From Vicugna vicugna (Eukaryota), in contig MU058584.1 in NCBI GenBank assembly GCA_013265495.1, positions 5,214,508-5,278,507 of the forward strand: 64,000 bases of DNA. Direction: 5' to 3'. The translations under genes and the position numbers were made by a program. The notes under the pieces were generated by a model, which searched no databases, had not been told where the DNA came from, and saw nothing but the letters and a program-made list of their open reading frames with translations. Positions within the stretch are counted from its first letter, which is position 1. The number at the start of each line of letters is the position of its first letter. Shown piece after piece: positions 53,226 to 64,000 of the stretch.

Positions 53226-56200
53226 ATTTTTCTCAGAGTGAAAAGGCATAATTCACAAAAGAAACAGGAATACCATCTAAGTGAACTAGAATTCACAAGG
53301 AAACTATTAAAATTCTCAACTAAAAGAGACTGATTGCCACCCAATGACTTTGGTTGCCGTATGAACGCTAGAACTGCCCATATCCAGAGTCACACCTCTT
53401 TCAAAGCCTTGCTGGGACCCAGCCATACTGTGCTCTGTCAGTTGGAGATCATACCCCTTTGCCTCAGATGGGGTTGCTTCTCTCAAGTCTCTAACTATGT
53501 TGTGGTTTAATTCTTTAATAATCTACTTTAGCTTTATTGCCTGATTAATATGGAAAAAATTCCATATGCCAGTCCGGGTTGATTTACCTCTCGAGTGGCT
53601 CAATTAGTATATTGGCCATTTGACTCCGTAGAATTCTTTGCATATTCCTCATCTCTGGAAGGACCATATTTTGCATAAATAAAGTGTCTGACTGTATTCT
53701 CTATTTCTATCTGATTCTACAGTGACAGCTTCTATGATTTATAAGACTTCAGCCTGCCTTTCAAGTCTTCTTTCCCACATTTCTCAGAGTTGATAGTCTA
53801 GACCAGGGGTTTTCAGTTGCTTTTGTGGCAGGAAATTGTTTCTAATGAAATTCACCATGTATAAAAGATTGCTACAAAAGATAAATCCGAAGGTGGTCAT
53901 TTGCTGCACGAAAGATTTCAGAAGAATATTCCTTTATTTTGAGAACTCCCTATATGCATTTCTTTGTATAAAGTTGAATGCAAATTTTCAACTGACTAGA
54001 ACAATGGAGTTCTAATGATGAACGCAAAAGTTTTAATTCAGGGGTGATGAATGACGTTGGTATTTGTATACCTACTTCAGCATAATTTCATTTTTAACAG
54101 TATCCCTTGCCATCTTAGGCTATGCTTCAATGAAATGGGTCCAAAAGCGTAAAAGAGGAATAACAGTGTTTTACTAGCAATTATTAGCAATAGCTAACCA
54201 TAGTAGGAATTTCTTACCATGAATACAAGTCAAACAAGTTCAACATAAAATATGCGATAGAAGTATCAATTGGAACACTTATGATCACATTGTGTTCCAT
54301 TGACCAGGCTCCTTGACAAGACCCTGTGGCATATATGGCCATGCCTGAATTTTTCCGGGAATGTCATTGAGTAGAGAACTCTGAGGCTGCAGCAGATAGC
54401 TCAGGCAGACATAAACTGGCCTGAATTCCAAAATTCACTAAGGATGGAGACACATAGCCAGCAAGAACACCAAATTTTTGAGGAAAGCGTCACTTACTTT
54501 AATATCCCTATAAAATTGAGCATGGTAAATCTAATTGTTGTTTTGTATCATCCTGTAAACTTTTTCAAGTGTATGTGATTTGTATCCATGAAAGATTTCA
54601 AGATTCTTCAATGCAGAAACTTTGTGTGTGCATATGAGTGTGTGTGTGTGTGTGTGATGAAATGATGACAAGACCCCCAGCCTAGGCTGAGCCCTTCTGC
54701 TACTTCCTTGGACTTGTCTTCCACCACCGGCATGCTGAAACAGTAGGATTATGGTGAGAGTCCTATGCGGGAATATTCCCTGAGGATTATAGCTGTCTTC
54801 GCATCTTTCCAACAAGATAAATATTCCCAAAGACCCAAGCTTTATACAGAAGTTCTGCTTCCTCCACCTGGTCAAGTACCCAGCTAATCTTTGCTGAGAA
54901 GGGGGCAGGGCTCCTGAGATGTACACTGTGTATGGATAAGACAAAGAGGTCAAGCAAATGGTACTGGACATGTTATTTAACATCATCTGTCACATTGGGG
55001 TGACTTATTCTGAAAGGTTGTTTTAATGACTAAATATGTTATTACACATAAAATGCTTAGAATAGTGGCTGGCAAGTAGAAAATTCAGAATATGTTAGCT
55101 ATGATTAGTATGTATAGAATGCCTACTCCACGTCCAGTGCTTTGCTGGGTCTTTCAATACGCCATCTCATTTAACTGAAGTATATCCCATCACGACTTGG
55201 ATTCTTGTATGTGAACAAGACTGAAACACTGCTTAATAAAGACTTTCTGAACAGACCAGTGAATGAATGAAGAATGAAGCAGTTCTTTCTAGACCTTCTT
55301 CTGGCATCCCCTGTTTTCTATACCTTAGATCTAGGTGAAGTGAGAGTCAAGGTCTTCGAGAGCAAGGTCTCAGAGGCTTTGGCCGTGTGTTTTGTGTTCT
55401 GGTCAACATTCAGCCAATCACAGTGATGCCTGGTTCACTCCCCAAATAGCACCCACGTCTTGCATGTGCTATTTACGCCCCTAAGCAGCAGCCTGAAACA
55501 CCGAAGCAGATGCTCCGTGTATAGCTTCACCTAACCATGCCAGAGTTTCAGCTTTCAGATTGAAAATAAAAGTATGCACAGGGTTGGCAGGTGGGAGTGG
55601 GGGCAGAAAGGGGGACGGAGAAAGAGACAGGGAGAAGGGAGATTTCTGTCCTTGCTCCGAAGAGTGACGGGGCTTTCTGGGAGCTCACCAATATAAAGAG
55701 CTGAACAGAATGTTGCCAAAGCGAGGCTGCCTGCAAATGCCAAATAATAAGAATCCTTTATCAGGAACATTAGGAACTCTTTCAGGAGAGAAGCGTAAAG
55801 AATTCCAGGAAGCGCATATTAAATGCCTGTTCCCTAGGCAGCTGAAGCCACCCACCTTCCCTTGAACAAATGGAGCCAAACTCAGTTCTCAGATACGCCA
55901 TTTGCCTCGCCTTTCAAAACAATCCTGAGAGTTCCGCTGCTTTCTCGTGCTTTCAGAAAGAAGCCTGGAAGAGAAGAGTTCGGTGCTGCTCTCTATCTGG
56001 CCATTGGAAATCCTTTCATTCCAAGCTCTGTCTCCCAGCTGCCCCACTCCAGCCTTTGCCCCCACTGCACCCCACCTCCCGGCTCTGTAGCTGCCTCAGG
56101 CTGAGTTGTCACCTCAGTGACCGTGGAAATAGAACATGGCAGCCAATCTCTCTTGCAGTTCTTTGAAGTTCTTGGGAAGGAATAGAACAAGCCATCTACT

Positions 56201-57087
56201 GCTGGTTCCTGGAGCCCTAAGGATAGCTTTAAAACCGGCTTTAGTTGGAATACGAGACAAGGGGAGATATATTTTGGTGAGGAAATGAGAGTTGCTTAAA
56301 CGAATTACAGTATATCAATGTGACAAAATATTACACATAGCCACTGAGATGTTGTAAGAGTACTTAATTACATGGGGGAAAGTTCAAGAATAAAGTAGTA
56401 ACTGAAAAAAAAGCAAGTTTCAAAATAGATGGTCCCAGTAAAGTAAAAATGTACATTTCTAGAGGGAAAAATACCAAAATGTTAATTGTGGCTACATCTG
56501 GGTAATAGAATGCTGGGTAGCTCTTCATTCCTTCTTTGTTTTTCTTTGCTTTCAAATTTTCTGTGATGAACACATATTAAATTTTAATCATGAAATATAC
56601 ATTAATGTAGACTAAAACAGAAATAATAAAAGAAGTGTAGTGTGCAAATTGGGTGAGAGCAGAACAAGGTTACAACCATAGCATCTTCCCTGATCTCACC
56701 TCTTTCTTCTCTCCACTGCCAGCATGTGTATCTCAACCTTATGAGTTAACAATTTACTATATCCCAGGTCTCCAATGGCTCTTTGAAAGCCTATCATGTT
56801 TCCCAAGGATTGTGTCTTATTTTCCTCTTGCACATAAACCCCTACCTTCAACCATGTAGCATAGAGCTATACACACATTAAGTATAATATTGAATGGTCC
56901 AGTCTGGCAGGTCCAGTCAGTGTGAGGAGGGAGAGTGTGTTAAGAGGTGCTGAGAAAAAGGTGAGTCAAATGGCCCAAGATGAGGACAGATACTTAGATA
57001 AGCAATCGTTTTCATTCCTAACATTGTATTCCCTGTGAGGGTAAGCACGGGGATCTTCCGAGCCATGTTTTAATTAAGAAATTCTCT

Positions 57088-57133
57088 ATCTCTCTCTTTC
57101 TTCTCTCCTCCTCCTCCTCCTTCTTTTCTCTCC

Positions 57134-57177
<44 letters not shown>
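57088..57177. repeat. (CT)n/(CA)n compound microsatellite
   Basis: Directly visible. Confidence 0.9.
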
Positions 57178-57178
<1 letters not shown>

Positions 57179-58552
57179 CCCTTGTTTCTCATAAGGACCC
57201 CAGGCACCTAGCACAGAATTTGGTAGCGCTCAGTAAATACTCCGAACGAACAAAAAACAACTTGCACTCTCCACTGTATTGTGTCATCACAGACCCTACC
57301 TGAGGCTAGCGACCACAGCGAGCAGGGCAGACCCAAGCAGCTGCACCGCCTTAAAGGTCGGAGCCCTCAAAAGGGGAAAGGAGTTCGCCGGAGGCTGCTG
57401 TGGCCAGAGTGGAGAGGATGGATCGCCCAGGTAAAACTCATTCCCAGGAAGCCTGGCAGGGAGCACTTCTCAGCTAGCGTGCAGCCAAATATCATCCTTT
57501 CCTGCTGGGGCTGGAGTGCCTTACTGGATGGGGAGGATGAGAAGGGTTTAGAGCAAGCCATGACAAACTGGCAGTGCGCCAGCCAGATGTGTTTTTTTGT
57601 TTTGGTTTGGCTTGATTTGACTTTCTCATAGTGCTTTATAAACACTTGATTTTGAATGTCTTATTTTTGATGGCATGGTGCAGGTGTGCCCCAGCTGACC
57701 CTATCCCTAGTATTCTTCCGAGCAATTTCTCTAATTTACATTACCCAAAAACTTTTGAGTTTATAATCTCTGTTGGAAGGAAGTCATAGGGAACATTTAA
57801 TACTGTGGACAAGATGATGAAAGTATTAATTATAGTAGCCAACATCCGGGTACATGCTTACTCCACGCCAGATTCTACCCTAATGGCTTTGTACACATGT
57901 ATCATCTAACCTTTCAAGCAGGCGAAAGCCAGTGCTGTGAGATTCTGTTCAATCCCCTCAGACCCCTCTTACCAGTTCTACAGTTTCCTTACCAGTTTCC
58001 ATGTGCACAATCATCTAAATAGGGCACTTAGAAGTCTTTTTCAGAGGACTGACATCAGGCTGCTGGAGCCTGGTAATTTATGTTCTCCCCACCCCTTCTG
58101 GGCCATGTAATGGGCTGCAGGATTACTTGTACTCCGGAGCTCCCTTGCAGGATCAGGCTGGGACTTCACTTGGAAACTCACTGTTTGCTTGCCTCTTCCC
58201 CTTCCCTGTCGCCCTTGAATACTGAGTGTTCTTGTTTCATATATAGAGGGAGTAAAGCCCAGAGTCCCTTCCCCAAGTGCACGAAATGGTAAGTTGCAGA
58301 ACCTAGATATTTTTGACCTTATGACAGTTAAAATATGACAGCAAAACAAAAAAAAAAATTGTTAAAAAAAAAGACCTGAACTCTTCCTTTTTAGACATGA
58401 CACATAAATTACTTACACAGTAGTACCGATGATTTATCCAATTGTGCCAGCCTCTCTCTCTTTTCATCTCTCTTTCCTTCCCTTCCTCCCATCCAAAGTC
58501 TCTTTACTTGGGAAAACTGTGGACATAAAAAGGGCTCATTTGAGGAATAAGA

Positions 58553-58642
58553 TTTTTCTTTTAATGGCAGTACTGGGGATTGAACCCAGGACCTTGTGCA
58601 TGGTAAAAACATGCGTTCTACACTGAGCTATACCCGTCCCCC
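58553..58642 (-). mobile_element. tRNA-Ala-derived SINE, short-tailed and more diverged copy
   Basis: 'gtactggggattgaacccaggaccttgtgcatg...ctacactgagctatacc' is the reverse complement of the Vic-1-type head. Confidence 0.85.
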
Positions 58643-61539
58643 TGCCCACACCACCAAGATATGTTGATAGAAGTCTGTGATGGTAGATGTTCCGTTCTAC
58701 ACAGCCAATGAAGCTGATCTGCTATGTCAACATATTGACAAATAAAGCACTTTGCAGTTTAGCTAGCTGTTTCGGTATTATTTCAATATATTTGAGCTAA
58801 ATGATTACATAAAAGCTGAGTCATATATTCATACATTCAACAAATATTTACTGAGACCTAACCTATGCTAAGCTCTGTGGTGAGACTCTAGGAAATCATT
58901 GTAGGAACAAAACAGGCTTTTGCAAAGTTATGCGATGGCGAGGTTGCTCCTTGAGGCAATGGTGATGAGGACAACAGTCACCACTTTCCATAAGTAACTG
59001 TGAAGTCGGGGCACTCACCTTTGTCATGCTCTGTGACAATAGCGAAATGAGGTTCTCTGAGGTGGTCCTGCAGGTCTGTCCTTTGAGTTCCATCAGCCTC
59101 CACGCTTTAACATCATTCTTTAAACCTCACACAAAAGCACAGGAACCTCAAATGAGGGCAAACCACAGCCATGCTCCCCTATTTCCCCCTTAGTTAATTA
59201 CTTGTTTTCTGTGTTTGCACCTGGACCTTTGTCACTGTGATAGACACATGTATGAGTCCAATGATGAGCCCAAGTCCCCAAAGACAAAGCTTCCATTAGG
59301 AAGTCACAGTAAAACTGAATGGTCTGATTTGCCCTGTGTTTACAATTGACTGTAGGTGCCTTGAGTGTTTTGGTTCTTTTTTTCCTGAGGACACTGATAC
59401 ATCTTGGGTCCTTCATAGTTACATTTCTCATTGTTTTAAACAAAGATACCATATAATCAAATGATAATGATACATCAAAATATCTACTGTTTCAGGGCAT
59501 CTCACTATGGCATATACATTCCTACTTAAATGGTGATTACTTATAAATACACATAATTTAATGTTTAAATTTACTCTAAAAATATAGAAAGATATGATTA
59601 TGGTCCTACAGAAGAGAAAACTGAAGCTCAGAGTTTTTAAGTTGCTTGTCTAAAGTCATACAGTTAGATTTCTTTCCGCTCAGCAAAGCTGGTGGTTGAT
59701 AATTTTATCTCGATGGATATTTTTATTTGCTGTCATTTTTCTTACTTTCATGTATATCCCAGTGGGCATGTTATTTTCCATTTTACTCTGCCTCAATTAA
59801 AAGAAAAATCAAAGAAAATCTACTTTGTTTTTATTTCCTTAATATACAATATGATCTTGAAATTCTGTTATAATGATCATAATATTTTAATAATTTCCAC
59901 CCTGCTTCCATAATTGAACAATTATAGAAAAAGGCTGTCTATTTCTACTTCATTAGTCAATAAGTTCTTTTAATAATTAATTCTTTTTGCTCTTTGGCCG
60001 AATTAGTTAAAACATGATGTTAATTCAGTGTCACAGCTGAAATCTCTAGTTGGGGATTTAAATCAACCCCTTTATCATCAATAATAATAATATAACATAA
60101 CAAGTATTTGTATGTTGTCAGTTTCATATTCAGTTTAAGGAAAACATTTCTTGAAACATTAGCTTGTAAGCTCTATGGAGGCAGAAAACATGTCTCTCTG
60201 GTTTCCCGGATTTAAGTGCAATTCCTGGCACACAGCAGGCATGATCTTGAGGGTGTCAAAATCCAGAGTAAAAAAAGACAGGTAAATAATGCATGAAGAG
60301 CAGAAGGCTGGCACGGAAAACCAAAGGAACAGCAAAGAAAATCAGCTAAAGAGGCTTGGTTGAGAGGAAGGTTGAAATTCCTGACCTTAGAAAGAGAAAT
60401 GCTACACTTGAATTTCACAACCGCACAGCCTTTCCCTTTTCTTATGCCTCCCTCGTCTATCAAAGCTTCTCCAGTGTCCCAGGGCTTGTAAATACTCATG
60501 AATGACAATGATAGAGAAGCCCTGGATGAGGTGCTGGTATCTAGTGAGCTTTACACCAAACTTTAAATACCCTTTCTCTGTAGGATTTTATTGCTGTCAA
60601 TCAATAGAATTAAGTTAGGATAGAAATGAAAAGATGCTGATGGATGTAAGGAGAGATCTGCAGAGATCCCCTACATTCCAGTTTGGGTGTCTGTTTTCCA
60701 CAGCTACAGCAAAATGGGTTGTTGATGATGTTTAAAGAAACTCAGTTAATGAAGCACAGGGATTAGTGTTTCTGAATACATTTTTGAGCTGAGAAGACTG
60801 CTGCCTGGAAGCTCTAATAACAAAGAAAATGATGGAGGAGAGGTGGGGGGAAACACTGCCCAGGGTGAAACGCAATGGGGAGACCAGGAGGACCTGGGAG
60901 GGGTCTGGCTTCAGTGAAAAAACAAGATGTAAAAGGATCCCACTTTTCTAGTTTCTTCCCCATCCTCCCCCTCCTAAAAATTTGAACCCAACTAGACAAC
61001 ATATTTGATTGCAAATGCCTACCCTCTCCATACATTCCATCATGGTTAGAGTTATGAGAAGAGTATATTAATTTGGATAACACTAGCTGCTATAACAAAC
61101 AGCCCCTCAAAAAATGTATTAAGCAGCATGAAAATGAAGCATGGTGATTGGTGCTTCTTAATACATTTTTGTGTAGGGGCCCTCCGAGGTTCTTCGGAAA
61201 ACCATGAACCTTCTCTCTCTCAAAAACAAAAAACAAGCATATTTTTACATATGCTCTTCTAGTTTTCAGTATCTTTTGGCTTTCCCTGATAGATCCATGG
61301 TCTCCAAATCTACAGATCCAGGGTAAGAATTTCTGGTCTAGATCATTTCTAAGTCCCTTACTAGATCTAACATTCCATTTGTTTGTGAGTTGTCATAATT
61401 GTATTCAGATTTCAACACTGTCAAGTTTTAGCCGTATTACCTGTTTCTTATCATCTCTGAGTTTCTGGTGCTTTATGGTAATTGTGAGGATTAAAAGAAA
61501 TAATGTGTATAAAAAGCCTGACCTGTCCCCCTCTACCTC

Positions 61540-62167
61540 TGTGGTAGAATAAATAATGGCTCTCTTCACAAAGATGTCCACACTCCAATCCCTGACTCCT
61601 ATAAATACGTTGAATTATAGGACAAAAGAGACTTTGCAGATATCGTTAAGATTATAGACTTTAGGACAGAGGAATTAGGCTGAATTTCTGATGGGCCCAG
61701 TCTAATCACTTGAGTCTTAAAAACAGAGAAATTTCTCCAACTGGAATCAGAGAGGTGCAGTGGAAGATGATGCAGGAGAGAAGAGGCAGAGGAGAGCTGA
61801 GAGAGATGTAGACATGAGGACTCGGCCAGCACTGGTGACTTTGGAGATGAAGAGGGAGCTGTAAGCCAGGGAATGCAGGTGGCCTCTGGAAGCTGAGAAC
61901 AACCATTGGCCAATAGCCAACCAAGAAATGGGGACCTCAGTCCTGTCGCTGGAAAAACTGGACCCTGCCAACAACCTGGGAGGCCCCAGAAGTAGGTTCT
62001 CTTGCAGAGCCCCCAGTAAGGGTTGCAGCTCTGCTGACACCTTGATCTTCACCTTATGAAACCCTGAGCAGAACCCAGCCAAGCGACCCGGACTTTTGAT
62101 CTACAGAAATGTGTGTTGTTTTAAGCCACTAGGTTTGGTGTCATTTGTTTATCTGCAATAGGAAACA
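61540..62167 (+). mobile_element. MLT1 (MLT1D/E-like) solo LTR
   Basis: 'tgtggtagaataaataatggc...aaagatgtccac...agagactttgcagat...agccagggaatgcaggtggcctctggaagctg...tgtgttgttttaagccactaggtttgg'. Confidence 0.88.
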
Positions 62168-64000
62168 GTCACTTCATGCCCTGCTCCCATGACAACCTCC
62201 TCTCAGAAGGATCAGTTACTTGCATTCTAAAGTTAATTACTCTGAGATGTTGCTGTTCCTAGGTTTTGGGGGGTTTGGTTTTGGTTTTTGACCTCAAATT
62301 AAACTCACTCTTCTGCCTATAAGTGAAAGGAATTTTAGGCAGCAACAATCAGGAGAGAGAAGGTGTTTTGAAAGTGCAATGTATTTTTTTTTCCTGGCAC
62401 ATCTGAGATTATACCACAGAGGAAGCCTCAAGTCCAGTCAGCCAGCCTTTCCACAGGTGAGACACAGTGCATGTCAGTCAGGACCTGTCGGGTGGGGTCC
62501 TCAGCAGCACCCTGCCCCCCCCCCAGGATGGCACCTCTCTTTTTCCTGGACCTCCTCCAACTCTCATTCAAGTGTTTTCATCAGCCTTAGATCGCCTTCT
62601 ACATCTGTGTTGGTTAGTGGACCCATCCAGGGATGTGGTCTCAGAACTCCTCTTGTTTTCCACATGTGAAGGGTGGCTGTCAGGAAGCCAGGGGACGGCT
62701 GGATGAGGATATATAGAAACCTCAGTAAATAATCTGCTCTGAGCTACCTTGGAATTCCTCAGAGCATCATAAGTGTGGAGAGCTGACACTGCAATAAGAT
62801 TTTATCAAATTGCTCCCTTGAAGGTAGTCCCGGTCTTCTAAACACCCAATCTGCCTGTATGGGTCCATAAACTATAATGTCCATTGGTTTCCACATGAAA
62901 CCAGGTGACTTGGCTTGGACCTACAGGGGGTCATAGCTAGGGGTGCCGTTATCCGACATGAATGATGCACCTGGTCTGAATGGTCCCACACTGCTTGGAA
63001 GTCAAGGCATGAATGAGTGGACAGCAAATGAGATCATCTCCAGAGAATCTGTGTAGGGGCCCCAGAGCTCATCAAAGAGAAAATTAAAAATAATAATCAC
63101 AGGAACAGTGCCTTTTTGGGTGGCTCAACGTGACTGACCAACCATGTTTACCAGAATTTTGAGGTAATTTGGGAAAGAGAGATTTAACTCTTTCCAGCTT
63201 TTGTAGCCCTAGGGACTCAAACCAAAACATGGGACAGCATTTTCACTGTGTGCATTTCAGGAGATTTTTCTAGATAACAGGTGCAGAACATCTCTGTCTC
63301 ATCCTCAGAGGACTGGCCTGGCTCTTCATGCTGGCCGCACTTCCACTGGCCTCTTTGATCTCTGATTGCTCTATATGCCCTTGTGCTCAGCATTTCCAAG
63401 ACTTAACAGCCATGGCTTCCTCTCTTCTGCCTTTCTTCCTCTTGTGACAGACAAAGCGTTCAATTGTCTAGATTATAAATTCCAACTCAGTAGATGCAAC
63501 AACTTAGAATGCGACTTTCCTCACATTAGAATGCCCTGTAGGAATTTGTCTCAATGTTTACTCTTTAGAAATGTGCATCAAAATTTACGTGTTATAGACA
63601 CAGGTATTTGACTGAAGTCTCTACCCAGGACTGTCGGAGCAGAAGGACCCTTAGGATAGAGAGAAAGGAGAAAAGCAAACAAACTTTGGAATCAGAAATT
63701 CTGGATTTGAAACACTTCCTACCCTGTACTAGCCTTGAGCAACTATGAACAACTCTTTCTTTGTCTCTTCAACTGTAAAATCAGGGCAATTAGACCTATT
63801 TGTCGTGAAGAGCCATTGGAAATCCACGCTCAGCCAATGGCGACCTTTCACCAACGTCTTCCGTATCTTTCTCCTACATCTCCCCCGGCTCCTCCTGTTC
63901 CAGTCACACTGTTCTACTAGGTTTTCTTCAGACACACCCAGTGTTCTTTCCTAAGGACATTTGCACCATCTTCTCTCTCCTTGGAAAGCTGTAGCCTCAG

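Noticed and set aside
1..64000. Six-frame ORFs of 60-154 aa as host protein-coding genes
   Set aside because: They are short, many start at non-ATG codons, most overlap repeats or low-complexity DNA, and none shows a host domain or exon chain I recognise.

Overview
Mammalian non-coding DNA (large intron or intergenic region). It is probably camelid, because it carries tRNA-Ala(AGC)-derived Vic-1-type SINEs and cetartiodactyl-like L1 3' ends. I could not support any intact protein-coding gene; the listed ORFs are short and mostly lie in repeats. The window is rich in MIR, L2, L1, MLT1 and MER DNA-transposon fossils. The main structure is a ~5.4 kb degenerate class I endogenous retrovirus (21387-26770). 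It has two LTRs, a tRNA-Arg-like PBS, a PPT, gag-matrix and env-TM relics, an AT-rich stretch where pro/pol would be, and a different LTR nested in its leader. A 376-bp TSD-flanked L1 insertion (14821-15196) appears to combine a twin-priming 5' inversion with a 3' transduction. I found no convincing previously undescribed biological system. Repeat family names come from remembered consensus sequences, and most repeat boundaries are approximate.
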